A DNA stretch of 64,000 nt from Patescibacteria group bacterium (GTDB lineage Bacteria > Patescibacteriota > Patescibacteriia > UBA2591 > JAQUPP01). Shown here in pieces: positions 1 through 11,900 of this stretch. The notes below the pieces were generated by a model, which worked only from the letters and a program-made list of their open reading frames with translations, was not told the DNA's origin and did not search any database. How positions within the stretch are numbered: the stretch's first letter is position 1; every line of letters begins with the position of its first letter. The stretch covers positions 30,322 through 94,321 of the forward strand of contig JAQUOF010000001.1 in the NCBI GenBank assembly GCA_028717225.1. The letters are read 5' to 3'. The position numbers were made by a program, and so were the translations under genes.

Positions 1-2050
1 CCTTATCAATAGATTCTGTGCCGATATCCAAATATAGTTTATTAATTTCCGATTCTTTCCAGGCCTTGATTCCTTCTGATTTTTTAACCAAAGATTCTTC
101 ACCTAATAAATCTATTTTTTCTTTTATTTTTTGGACGGCTTGTTCAGAACTGCCCCAACGTCGAAAATCCTGAAGGGTAACGCCCTGTAATTCTTCAATT
201 GGACCGGAAACGCGTGGAGTAACTTTAATTTCTTCCATTTTAGACATTGCCGGTTCGCGAGGCGGCCGATGAATAAAAATTTCCGCCTGAGGTTGAGGTT
301 TAATTTCTTTCTTGATTTCTTCAATTTTAGGTTCTTTAATAATTGGTTTAGGTTCTTCTTTGGGCAATTCTTTAATCGGCAGCTTAAATTTATCTTCCGC
401 GTCTTCGTCAAGAACAAAAAGTGAATCTTCTGCCGGCAATTGATCAAGTTCTTTTAAAACACCTGTAATTTCTTCCGGACCGGAAATTTCTTCTTTCTTT
501 AAAATTTCAACGGGTAAATCTGTTTTGGGTTTTTCAACAACCGCAGTAAATAAATTTGGCGCTGTTTTCTTATCCTCCGCAGCCTTAATAAAAGAGGGTT
601 CTTCAATTTTCTTTTCAAAAACAGGCGGAAGAACCGGTTTAATTTCCGGTATAACAGGTTGATTTTCTTTAATCTGTATGTCACCTTGTCCGCGTAAGTC
701 TGTGTTCTTGTCCGCGTAAGTCTGTGTCATGGGCTGAGGTTTTTTAATAATCGGTGCCGGTTGTTCTAAAACCGGTGTTTTCAATGTTTCTTGTTCAAAT
801 TTTTCTTTTAATAATTTCTCTTTTGTTTCTTCAGGTTGAGGAAGAAATTTTTCTTCTTCCATTTTAGGCAAAGAAGAAACCGGTTTTATTTCAGGAACTG
901 TTTTTTCCGCCGGTTTTTCCATTCGGGTAAATTTTTGAATTGTTTCTTCCGGCTGTTTTAATCCTTCAGCCAATTCAATTTGAGGAATATTGCCCATTGG
1001 TTCAACTTTAATCATTGGTTTTTCTTGTTTTAATATATCCATCACTTTATCAACTGTTGTTTCGTCCAATTCCACGCCGCCGATTTTTTGCGGCCTTTTT
1101 AAAACAATTCTTGTTTCAATTTCTCCGCGCACTTCTCTTAAATAAGAAAAGACGACATTTTTAAAACGTTTTTCCAATATTTCATCGGGAAAAGTCAAGC
1201 CAACCTTGGTAATCGCAGTGTCCACGGCTTGATTAATATTAATTGGCGGTGCCATAACTTGTTGTTTTTTTAATTTTTCAATTTCGTCGTCAAAACTTTT
1301 TAAAGGAGATATTTCCTCACTGCTTGAATTGGCTGTTTTGTTAATTTTGCGAGGCATTATGTCAACTAAACGATTATTTTGGATTATCTGAAGCGTGCCT
1401 TTGTCGGTAACGAAAGTTAAATCATCCGCAAAAGCTTGGGGAGACTTGGAATCAATTTTAAAATATTCATAAATGCCGAATAATTTTTCCAAAACCGCCC
1501 TATTTTGAGGGGATAACCCGGAAAGATGCTTCATAAAATATTCCGCTTGTTTTATATTACTAATCTCTTCCGCGCCCAAAATTTGATGATAATCATTAAG
1601 ATAATTGGCGATGGTTTTTCTGTTTTTCTCTTCCATCTCTTCGGGAAATAATATTTGATTGTTAGAATTTAAAGCATTCATCAATTCTTTTTTAATTGAA
1701 TCCCGACCCCAAGGATTGAAAGAAATAAGAGACGATTTTAATTGAGATAAAACCGGCAAATCGGAAATTTTCAAAGCTGCGGCTAAATTATATTGCAAAA
1801 AATCGGCGATTTCCTGAACATTTAATCTCTGCATGGCGACGCATTTTAATCCGCTGATTAAATCTTTATATTCTTCATTTAAATCAGGATCCAACTGGCT
1901 TCGGGATAAAGCTTTTTCCAAAGCTCCGGCCAATTGTTTGGCTTTTTTATTTTCTAAATAAAAAATAATCTCTTGGACTTCTTTTTGAAGTTCTTCCTTG
2001 AATTCCGGATTATTTAATTGTTCTGAATTAATTTGATCCTGATTAATCAT
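1..2050 (-). CDS. Hypothetical protein with long Pro/Glu/Lys-rich linker; 3' end runs off the window
   Basis: Not in the ORF track. Manual translation from ATG at 2050 (MINQDQINSEQLNNPEFKEELQ...) stays open to base 1 (...LYLDIGTESIDK). Starts 12 bp after the 908-aa gene. Confidence 0.8.
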   Translation of the reverse strand, partial: MINQDQINSEQLNNPEFKEELQKEVQEIIFYLENKKAKQLAGALEKALSRSQLDPDLNEEYKDLISGLKCVAMQRLNVQEIADFLQYNLAAALKISDLPVLSQLKSSLISFNPWGRDSIKKELMNALNSNNQILFPEEMEEKNRKTIANYLNDYHQILGAEEISNIKQAEYFMKHLSGLSPQNRAVLEKLFGIYEYFKIDSKSPQAFADDLTFVTDKGTLQIIQNNRLVDIMPRKINKTANSSSEEISPLKSFDDEIEKLKKQQVMAPPININQAVDTAITKVGLTFPDEILEKRFKNVVFSYLREVRGEIETRIVLKRPQKIGGVELDETTVDKVMDILKQEKPMIKVEPMGNIPQIELAEGLKQPEETIQKFTRMEKPAEKTVPEIKPVSSLPKMEEEKFLPQPEETKEKLLKEKFEQETLKTPVLEQPAPIIKKPQPMTQTYADKNTDLRGQGDIQIKENQPVIPEIKPVLPPVFEKKIEEPSFIKAAEDKKTAPNLFTAVVEKPKTDLPVEILKKEEISGPEEITGVLKELDQLPAEDSLFVLDEDAEDKFKLPIKELPKEEPKPIIKEPKIEEIKKEIKPQPQAEIFIHRPPREPAMSKMEEIKVTPRVSGPIEELQGVTLQDFRRWGSSEQAVQKIKEKIDLLGEESLVKKSEGIKAWKESEINKLYLDIGTESIDK
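685..727. repeat. Tandem 21-bp repeat, period 22, inside the CDS
   Basis: CTTGTCCGCGTAAGTCTGTGT at 685-705 and 707-727. Confidence 0.9.
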
Positions 2051-2062
2051 GGGTTAAAATGT

Positions 2063-4789
2063 TTAAGGTTTTGGTCTTTTAATTAATCCTGCTTGTATTT
2101 TAAGCTCATCAATAAATTCCTTAATCAATTTTGCCTGATCTTTAGGTACACCCGGTATACCATTTTCTATTTCTTTAGTATAAGCTGCCATTTGTTGTAA
2201 TACACTTTCAGTGGTTAATCTTTTCAGAGTATCGGGTCTGATTCTCTGAATTTGTCTTATATCAAGTTCCTGAACAGTATCTAAATATTTTTTTCCGGCA
2301 TTATGTAAAGAGGCGCCCTTACCAAATTGATCTTCGGTTATTAAAGTATCAGCATGTAAACCCCTCATCATATTTTGCGGCTCTACCTGATTCATTTTTG
2401 CGACAGTTACTCTTGCCCATTGATCATCTATGTCTAAATTGCCCTTTGCTAATTCTTCTTTGTTTACTCCTCCAATTTTAGCCATACCTGTTACCGAATC
2501 AATTGTAGCCATACCGGCCATTTGATGCTGGCCTGCCATAGCGCCAATAGAGCCCACTCTTGATATTGCTCGGCTGGTTTCCATATCGCCAAGGCGAGCC
2601 ACGTCTTTAAATATATGTTCAAAAAAATCCTTAACAGCTACCGGATTAACAGGATTTTTTTCAAAAGACGCAACAGCGTTTTCTCCGCCATTTGATCCAT
2701 ATTCCGAAGTGCCATATTTTTTAGCCAATATCTTTTTTGTTTCCGCCTGAATATAAGGATCTAACATTAAAGTATTTGTGCCGTTAACCTTGGCTAACAT
2801 TTCTATTGCCGCAATTAATTTATCTTCATCTTTGGTTACTAAAGCTTTTTTAACTTCTTCAACCAATAATGTTTCTTCGCCGCCGGTTGTCAACTGCAAT
2901 TCTTTTTGTTTTTCCGCCTGTCTCTGTCTGGCTCCATATTCAGCCAAAGGCGTTCTTTCTTGTTCTCTGCCCAAAGATCCATAAGTATTATATCTTAAGG
3001 CAGAAATTTTTTGAGCATATTCATTACTTTCTTTTAAAAGGTCAAGTTGAGTTTTTTCTCTATCACCCAATTCTTGTTTTTTTGTGTCTATTTCTTTATT
3101 TTCTTCCGGTTCTTTATTTTGCATCCAATGTGCTAAATCCCGTCGCCCCGTGGATGTGTTAAAATCATACCTCTCGCCAGTCTCTCGTTGGCACCAATTA
3201 GCCATGGCTTCTAACTCAATTTTATCATCAGCTGTATTAGTACCATCCATAAGTTTACCAGAGAGTTCGTTTCTTCTTGCTAATGCATTTGTTAAATTCT
3301 CTATTACTATTTTTAAATTTTTCATTTCGTTATTATTTTTTGACATTTCATCATCTGCTGTTTTTTTCTTATCCGCTAATTCTTTTTGTTTACCCTTCGA
3401 TCCTGTTAATAAGTCTCCCACTTTTTTACCCCAATGGCCCGGATCCATCGCCTTGTCAATAGCTGTACCAAGCGGTCTTGATGCAAGCTCAATACTATCT
3501 TTTTCTCTCCTAATACTTTCTGCTTGACGCAATTTCCATGCCGCCACACCGGATTGAACACTTATACCCTCCCATTGTTTAGCACCAAACATTCGGCCAA
3601 CGCCTCTTGTGGTGTTTAATAATCCTTGATCAAGTTTCCTTAATCCTAATTTGCTCGCTCCGGAAGCAAAATTTTGCATTCCTTTCACTCCCTGACCAGC
3701 CAATTGCGAGCCGGCCACGCCGAGCTGTTGAGCAACCATTAAAGAGCCAACCAACATGGCAATGCCGATTATAAAATTCAAAACATATTGCGGTTGGCCG
3801 GTTTCAGAAATAGACGCCGCCAAATTTCCTTCGCCGGATGCTCCTTTTAATGCATCTTGGCCAATAGCAGTAGCTCTTTCTTCGGTAACCATTGTTTTAT
3901 ATATCGTGCCTCCCTGGTCTTGAACAACCGCCAAAGAAAGCCAAAGCATAAAAGCCATAGCCGGTCCGACGATCAATTCATTGGAAAATTTCTTCCACCA
4001 TTGATCAGCATGGCCCTTGCCCATTGGAAAAAGAGGAGCCACAAAAATCAAGGGCGAGAGAAGAATTAAAAACCAAAGCGTCACAATTCTCATTACTAAA
4101 ATTATTGTAATAATACCAATCACGAAAAGCGCCACTCCAACCATAATCAATCCCAGAATCAAAGCTCCAAAAACCTCAAAACCATTAATATCCGCACCGG
4201 TAATTGAATCTCTAAAAGACAATATTTTACTTAGTCCCAACATTTCAGCAAAATTTCCTTCTGCCGCCGTTTTGAAAGCATTAACAAAAGTCAGCATTAT
4301 AATTTGAGAAATATCAATCAAAAATCCGCAAATAAATTTTGAAAAGTTAACCAAAACCGCCGCCATTACCAATTTCCCTAAAAGTTTTTTGTAAGAATAA
4401 TTTTCAATTTTTAAAACCGTGCAAAAAGCGATTATTAAAAGAGCCAGGATAAAAGACATATTGCAGATGTCTCGGATAATAATCCATCCCTTAGAAACCG
4501 CCGGTGAATTTATAAAATCATTATATTGGGCAACCCAGACCAAAAGACGGATAATAACGATTAAAAGTTTCGCCAATACACTGATAAAGAAAAGAATCGG
4601 CCAGCTTAAAATTTGTAAAACCCCTGATCTTATATCTGACCCCGCTGATGACGCAGACATTGTTGCATCAACTTGTCCAACTTGCGCATTAACCTGATAA
4701 AAAGCGCAGAAAGACATAACTAAAACCAGCCCCAATAAAATGGGGATGATAATTTTCTTTTTTGTTGATATGCGGCGTAAAAAACGCAT
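2063..4789 (-). CDS. TrbL/VirB6-like multi-pass membrane protein with C-terminal coiled coil
   Basis: Several N-terminal TM helices (W..IRDICN, LVNFS, RIVTLWFLILLSP, WW..F pattern), then a Gly/Ala-rich segment and a charged helical tail. Confidence 0.65.
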   Translation of the reverse strand: MRFLRRISTKKKIIIPILLGLVLVMSFCAFYQVNAQVGQVDATMSASSAGSDIRSGVLQILSWPILFFISVLAKLLIVIIRLLVWVAQYNDFINSPAVSKGWIIIRDICNMSFILALLIIAFCTVLKIENYSYKKLLGKLVMAAVLVNFSKFICGFLIDISQIIMLTFVNAFKTAAEGNFAEMLGLSKILSFRDSITGADINGFEVFGALILGLIMVGVALFVIGIITIILVMRIVTLWFLILLSPLIFVAPLFPMGKGHADQWWKKFSNELIVGPAMAFMLWLSLAVVQDQGGTIYKTMVTEERATAIGQDALKGASGEGNLAASISETGQPQYVLNFIIGIAMLVGSLMVAQQLGVAGSQLAGQGVKGMQNFASGASKLGLRKLDQGLLNTTRGVGRMFGAKQWEGISVQSGVAAWKLRQAESIRREKDSIELASRPLGTAIDKAMDPGHWGKKVGDLLTGSKGKQKELADKKKTADDEMSKNNNEMKNLKIVIENLTNALARRNELSGKLMDGTNTADDKIELEAMANWCQRETGERYDFNTSTGRRDLAHWMQNKEPEENKEIDTKKQELGDREKTQLDLLKESNEYAQKISALRYNTYGSLGREQERTPLAEYGARQRQAEKQKELQLTTGGEETLLVEEVKKALVTKDEDKLIAAIEMLAKVNGTNTLMLDPYIQAETKKILAKKYGTSEYGSNGGENAVASFEKNPVNPVAVKDFFEHIFKDVARLGDMETSRAISRVGSIGAMAGQHQMAGMATIDSVTGMAKIGGVNKEELAKGNLDIDDQWARVTVAKMNQVEPQNMMRGLHADTLITEDQFGKGASLHNAGKKYLDTVQELDIRQIQRIRPDTLKRLTTESVLQQMAAYTKEIENGIPGVPKDQAKLIKEFIDELKIQAGLIKRPKP

Positions 4790-4794
4790 AAAAA

Positions 4795-4901
4795 TCAGCT
4801 TGTTAGAAATTAGCTTGTTAGCTTTTTAGGGTTTCCGGAGGTCTGACCTCCAACGAATTTTGCTTACCAACTTAGTTAGCTTATTTGCTTACCAGCTTAT
4901 T
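4795..4901. repeat. Degenerate octamer tandem array (TTAGCTTR-like) with GGAGGTCTGACCTCC palindrome
   Basis: Repeated ttagcttg/ttagctta/ttgctta/ccagctta units between genes. Confidence 0.65.
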
Positions 4902-4906
4902 TGGTC

Positions 4907-4935
4907 TTGACAAAAGGCGAAAAATGTGATAAAGT
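4907..4935 (+). promoter_or_regulatory. Sigma70-type promoter
   Basis: TTGACA-N17-TAAAGT with TG extension, upstream of the 4979 ORF. Confidence 0.6.
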
Positions 4936-4978
4936 ATTATATAGTTGAACAATAACGTTTAACTCAATAGGGGGAAAG

Positions 4979-5866
4979 ATGAAAAGCTCTTTAAAAATTT
5001 TTTTAGTTATAGTTTCAATAGTATTTTCCAGTTCGATTTTTGGACAAACAGTTTGCGGTTGGGTTCCGATAGATTCAAGTAACGCATCTGAAGCACTGAA
5101 AAACAAATTGTCATATTATACGGGAAATTTTCGAGATCGTGGATTTACAAGAATCTCGGATGATCACAGCCCATGGAATAACAGTCAAAGTTCTATTGAA
5201 TTTGCCGACACCTCTACTTCCGGACATGGGTCAATGCTTTTTTCAAAAGCATTTAATCTGAACGTTGGCGATTCCTTCCGACTTTATCTTGACATAAAAG
5301 GTTCCCCTGCAGATTCTGTTTATATTGAATTATTTATGGTCTCAAATGGAAAATTCTATGAAGGTGGTTGTGGCTCCCATTTTTTGTCTACTGAGTGGAA
5401 ACAAGGGGTTGATTTTGGAACCTTTTTACCATCGGGGAATGGACCACGCGCAACAAGAATTGATACTGTAACCTTGGCTATCGTGTATAATTCTGATAAT
5501 CCTCAATTTCCTTTTAACGGCAAGTTTGATAATTTTACTTATAAAACTTGGAATAATGGAAATGAGGTGGTTTTGGACTCAATGGGAGAAAACCAAGCGG
5601 TGGAAGAGGAACATGGGACATTGAACATTGAACATGGAATAAAAGTTTTTCCAAATCCATTTTGCCAATCTTTACTGATTACCGGAGCATCGGATAAATC
5701 AGACATTAAAGTGTATGACAAAACCGGTAAACTGGTAAAATCAATTAATGATTTTACTTGGGATGGACGAGATGAAAAAGGAAATAAGTGTTCAAATGGA
5801 ATGTACTTCTTAAAGGTTAAGACAGAAAATAGAACTATAACTGAGAAAGTTTTGTTAATAAGATGA
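4979..5866 (+). CDS. Secreted protein with C-terminal T9SS type A sorting / FlgD Ig-like domain
   Basis: Signal peptide; C-terminus VFPNPF...IKVYDKTGKLVK...WDGRDEKG...GMYFLKV...KVLLIR. Confidence 0.8.
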   Translation: MKSSLKIFLVIVSIVFSSSIFGQTVCGWVPIDSSNASEALKNKLSYYTGNFRDRGFTRISDDHSPWNNSQSSIEFADTSTSGHGSMLFSKAFNLNVGDSFRLYLDIKGSPADSVYIELFMVSNGKFYEGGCGSHFLSTEWKQGVDFGTFLPSGNGPRATRIDTVTLAIVYNSDNPQFPFNGKFDNFTYKTWNNGNEVVLDSMGENQAVEEEHGTLNIEHGIKVFPNPFCQSLLITGASDKSDIKVYDKTGKLVKSINDFTWDGRDEKGNKCSNGMYFLKVKTENRTITEKVLLIR

Positions 5867-5883
5867 AAATAAGTTTCATCACG

Positions 5884-5911
5884 GGGCAGGCCTAAAACCT
5901 GCCCTTTTTTT
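5884..5911 (+). terminator. Rho-independent terminator
   Basis: GGGCAGG-N7-CCTGCCC followed by a T run. Confidence 0.75.
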
Positions 5912-5914
5912 ATT

Positions 5915-8900
5915 TTAAGGTATAATTTTAATCAATCCTTGAAATGAAACATTTGTTGTTTTTCCCCAATTGTCCGTAATTGAAACCTTTGGCTGGAAAC
6001 AACAAGCATTGGAACACCCGAATTTATTCCAACCCGAACCACCGGAGGCGCAAGAATAAATATGATTAAATTGAAAATAATTATTTGTACAAGCATTAGG
6101 AGTATCGCCAAAATTATCGCAAGTTAGATTATCAGCGCAACAAACCGGTTTATGATTTTTGGCCATTACCAAATATGGATTTGGCTGAATAACATCGCCC
6201 CAGTCAATGGTAATGTTGCGAATCGGCATTTGGTCTTTATCCGCCCAGGCATAAAATTTCAAAACCGCCAAATAAGATTGGGAACGAGTAATATCTTCAT
6301 TGTCAACATCGCCAATGGTTATTTTATCTAAATTACCGTTCTGACATTGACCTTTTTCAGTACAATTAACAGAAACAATTTGTGGACTTTTAATATCAGA
6401 TGGACTATTTAAACTTGTATTAGTTCGTTGATATGTATAATCTAAACCGGGATGTATTTCACAAATATCTCCCACATTTTTTCCAACACATGAACCCGTA
6501 GTGGAACAGGTAAGATTACCGCAAGTGTAATAAGTGGCCGGTTCTGAACAATCTTGACTGCTTAATTGGCAAGTATTATCCTTTTTTGGACCATCTTCAC
6601 AAATTCCATTTCCACATGTTCCTGCCATAAAACAATCATCGTCGGTTTTACACGAATGATTAGCCCCTGAACATATCCCAATACAATCATGAGAAATAAC
6701 AGATGTTTTCTCTCCACAATTTTCATCAGTTAAACAATTATTGTTTTGATTTAGACCGTCCTGACATTTCCTTTGACAAACACCGGGAAAAATATAATTA
6801 TAAATTGAATAAGATGTAGTAAAAAGTTTTTGTAAAGGGGTTATGGATGAATATATAGAAGATGAATCAACCATATTATCTCCGCAACCGCTGGCAGAAG
6901 TGATATAAGCTGATTGGTCCCAACTACCAAGTGCTCCCCAGGGCTGACATTGGGAATCAGTTTTATTATTTGCATCCATGGTAGTATATATTTTACTGTC
7001 TATTGGATCATTATAATAATTTTTAATATTATTTACTCTATTAGTAAAAGCTTTGGTCATATTTTGATCCTCCTCGTTAGCTATTTTTACAACTTGACCG
7101 CAACCTGTATTAAAATTTATAGTAATCCCTGCGACTCCAAATCCACCGTCATCAGCACTTCCATCACAGCTAGAAAGATTAAAACCAGTTAATTTATTAC
7201 TCTCGTCAAATAGAACCGTAATATCTACATAATCAGCGCCTTTTTTCCAGCTTGCTTTCCAATTAGGATTATTTGCCTTAATTGTTGTATTTGCATCCCA
7301 GCCGCTTCTATGCCCCAAACCACACCAGTCACTATCGCTTTTTAAATTAAAATCTATACTTGCAATATCATTTTTATAATAATTAAAAGTTTCTTCATAT
7401 GTCCATGTATCCGTACACGAAGGACAAGTCGGATTATCTCCATCATTTATATCATAACACTTGTACGCCAACCCTTCTCCCCACTGAGCACAGGAACCGC
7501 TAGCTGTTACGTCCTTGGCATTTGTAATTGGATTTGATTTTGCAGAAGGGATAATTTTTTTAGTACAATACCATTCTCTGTCATTGGCGGCTTGGTAACC
7601 GGCAGAAAGAAATTGATTATAAATATCCGGGTCGCCGGTTGGTTGTCCAGGCCACCAAGTAATACAAGCATTCACATCTGTTGGTTTTGACGGATCCGGT
7701 TCCAAACAAAAACCTCGCAAACCAATCGCGTTTGTTTTTTTAGTTAGAAGCGTCCAAGTATTCCCCGTAGCGGCGCTAGATTTGCCTTCACAACTTTCTT
7801 TGGTTGTATCTGAAGTTTCGCTGCCATTACTACCAATACAAATACTGTCTCCAGCTAAACTTTCTGAATTATAATATTTTGTCGTTCCGCCATAAACAGC
7901 CTTAGTATAGCTGCATTGGCAATCTTTTTGGTCGCCGGCCCCATTAGTAGCATCACTGCAAACATTAACATCAGAATAATAAGGCGCGCCTCCATTGGCA
8001 TTATTACCTTTGAATGGAGAATCTTTTTCCGGATAAGCTCGGCAGGTTTTGGCAATTGTAAGTTTTGCTAAATCAGTTGAACTTATAATGCTATCTGGTT
8101 GTATCGATGATTTAAGTTTGATTCCGTTAACTCCATAAACATCTCCCAGAGCATTAACATAACTTAATCTATAACCCAAATTATTATTTGCATCTACATA
8201 TTCCTTGGCTGTTAATCTTTCAATCGGATACATATTATAAATTGAGTGTCCGGCATAATCCATTCCGCTCCAAGAAACATCTCGGTCTTGATATATATTT
8301 TCAGTTAAAACCGCCGGGTTCTGTTCCCAAATTAAATGTCCGCATTGATTTGTGTTTCCGCTGCCGATTAATTTATCGCAACGTCCAACTGCTTCGCAAA
8401 TATCTTTATAAGAACCGCTGTTTGTATCCCATTCGGAACGCGAGCTGGTGCAAGTAAGCCATTCGCCGCAAGTTCTATCTTGTCGCACTTTGAGAATTAT
8501 ATTCGCGTCATTTGTGGTCTGGCCGTTTGGTAAACAATATTTTGTGTAATCTTCACTACCTTCTTTTGCGCAATTAACCGGCGAAACTAATTCATATTTT
8601 GGATTAGTCGCTTCTGATTTTTTATAAGTGGCAAAAGTATTATAAGTAGCCGAACCCTGGCTGTTATCTAATAAAAGAATACAGCCTTGTTTTTGTGAAA
8701 CATTTCCTTGGCAAGAAGATTGATCTAATTTTCCGTCATCAAGATAATAATATGGTTGAGGCGTGAATTCAATAATTTGTAAATTATCTACATTAACTTT
8801 ATCATTATTGCCTTGCGTATCATCCGCAATAACAAAAATTCTTAAATTTGTAACATTGGAATCTACTTTTTCATATCGCCAGGCCGAGAACCATTCATTT

Positions 8901-11900
8901 TTAGTATGACTATTATTAAATTGATAATTACCATTTATAGTGGTATGGCAATGAGCAATATCAGAATTTCCGCTTTCTCCGCATTTTCCATTTTCATTGG
9001 CTGTTAAGGCCTGAAAATGAAGTTGCCAGCTCCCTTTTAAAGTTCCGGGAATTTTTATATTTCCAAAAAGATAAAAATATCTTGGATATGGTTTTGGATC
9101 AATTTTAATATCTTGACTAACTAAACCAACCCAGTCGCTTCCGTTCGCGCTAATTTGCAGACCCTTCTTGCCGTCAACATAATCATCAATAGGATTTAAT
9201 ATAACGCCGTTGCATGTTTCCTGATAACCTTGACCGGGAGGACAATCATTTAACCAATAAGTTTTACCTTCTTCAAAACTTCCATTAGTAACCATATTGG
9301 TTAAAGTTCCCACGCTTTCGGTAAATTGCGTGCAACCGGTTTGATTCTGCGGACATAAACCGGCTTTTTCATAGCCAGTTTCAGTGCTTGTTTTAATTCC
9401 ATAAATGCCGTTAAGAAGATATGGAGTTTTATTAGTATTGTAATAACAGGGCTGATCGGTTCCTTTGGTGAACCAACCGGTTATATTGTCCCCGCCTGAC
9501 AAACTCACTTTTTCGCGATATTCGCAAAGATTTTCGCCCGGGTCTTTGAAATAAACCGAGCTGCCCGAACCGCTGATATTGTATTCTTCGCAGCCGGTAT
9601 TCGCGCTGTCGCAAAGAATCTTGGTGGAATAATTATCCGGATTATTTTTTAAATATAAATCAGACCAACCGGTTACCGTGTCTGTAGCAGAAAGAGTCGG
9701 CAAACCAAATCTTTGACAGCCCTTGTTTGTTTCTTGGCAAGATTTTTTGGAATCATTAATCAGATAAATCGGGCTATCGGCCGAGACGGTTATTCCGCTT
9801 TTAAATGTTTCAGCAAACGGAGAAGCAGAATTTTGAGTGTCAATTAAAGCTTCGCAACCGACTGATTTTTCGTTACAAAGACGGGCAAATGAAGCCAGAT
9901 ATTGAAGTTTATTATTTTGATCTTTATAGGCCTGGCAACCCGGGACGGTGCAATTGAGAGGTGTCATTTTTGTAACCCAAGAATTTTTAATTAAATTCAA
10001 ATCATCTTTGACTTCTTTTAAAATAATATTGTCAATATAATAATTTCGATAAGCAGTAGAGATAATTAATTTTTCATCAGAACCGACTTCTCGATCAAAA
10101 TAAACAGGTCCTAATTTTATTTCTCGCCAATTTTCATCCGGAGATAAAGTTGAGCCGATAAGAAGGGAATCTTTTCCGGCCGCTGAGAAATCAGCCCTCC
10201 AAGTTCCCCTGCCTTTAGCCCAAAAAGAAATAATATAGGATTTACCTTGGGTTACCAAACCAGAAGCCGCATATTCAATCGCTTTTACTTCAGAAATAAT
10301 TTCCATTGAATAACCATCTTTATTCACTGACTCATTAGAAGGTCTTCCGCCAATCCAACCTTGATTTCCATCTTCAAAATCACTTTTTAAAACTTGTTTA
10401 ATATTATTGGCCGCGCTGCCTTTGTATTCTCGGCAGCCGACATTGGCTTTGTTGCAAGAAATGCTTTCATTTGGAATAGCTTGATAAATACAATTTCCAT
10501 TTTCCCATGTTCCACGGCTGGCCGTACATTTGTCTGCGGTAAAATTAACCGAAGGAGTTTTCCTTAAAGAAGAACAACTATCAGAACAAGTAATTGTATT
10601 TTCATAAATACGATAACTTACTTTTCCATCTGCGTCATAGAATTCTTTGCAATGAGGATCTGTTAAATCTTCCGGTCCGTTACAATTAGCTCCTTCTAAA
10701 GCAGAATTCACTTTTTCTGGACCATCATCTTCTGATTTTAAATAATATTTTTTTAATTGATAACCATTTGTGTCTGAACCAACCCAAGTGTAATAATAAC
10801 CGCAAGCATCGCTTGGTTTTTGGCATTTTCTAATATAAGAATAATATTGTATGCCTTCGCCGCCTTTTACCACTTCATCCAAATTGGTGAATTCTTCGCA
10901 GCCAGGTGCGGAACAAGAAGTAGCCAAAGAAGGAATCAGCAGCACATCAGGCTGTTCAGTTTCAAAATTAGTCTTCATTTCTTTAAAATAATTCGCTCCA
11001 ACGCATTTTTCCGAGCAGCGATTTTTTTCAGAAACAATTCCCGGTATGATCGGATCATTATTGATCGGGGTGTATAATCCGCAACCGACATCTGCTGATG
11101 AACATTTTTTGGCAAAATTATCGCATTCCGGATTATCAGGATTAGTATTACAACCCATCCAAATTGGCGCGGTTTTTAAATAAATTTTATTGTTTGAACC
11201 GTAATCTTTATAAGGTGAAGGAGTTTTTCCAATTTCAAATTGAGTATTATCAAGCAATATTTCTCCGGAATAATCAGTGGTAATTAAATAAATTCTGGTT
11301 ACTTTGGCTTGACCGGTGGGGTCAGTATTATGGTAAGTGCAAACAGTTCGTTGCCATTGATTTTTATTAGTAGTAGGCAATGAACAGTCAAAAAGAGGAT
11401 CATGCCATTCACCTTTTCCATCCGTACCTTGCATATAAATTTTAAAACTTCCACTGGTGTAACTGTTTACTTTTGACCAAACACTGGCAGTAACATATTC
11501 ATCCGGTTGAACTATTATATTAACGCCTTGTCCTGCGCCAGATTTGCAGGCATCGCAAGGTGTTTGCGCGCAAGTACATCCCAAACTGACCTTAATAGCT
11601 TTACTGCCGGATAATTTATCAGCATCAATTAATGAATAACCCTTCCAATATGGATCCCATCCGTCAGCTCCATTGTCTTTGAGAATGCCGCTTTCAAAAC
11701 CTCCATTCGGTGCTAAATTTGTGCCTAAATCAAGGGCGGTTCTGATATATTCATGACAACCCTCTGTGCTGGCATCGCATTTTTCAACATTGCGATTAAA
11801 GAAAATAGCATTTTTGGAATTATCAGTCGTAACGTATTTTCCGTCATTATCTTTTTCATATGACACTCCCGGACTTTTGCAAGCCCAAATATCTTTGCCT

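Noticed and set aside
124..684. Short minus-strand ORFs 124-447 and 499-684, and the many short antisense ORFs inside long genes
   Set aside because: They are alternate-frame or shadow ORFs of longer, motif-supported genes.
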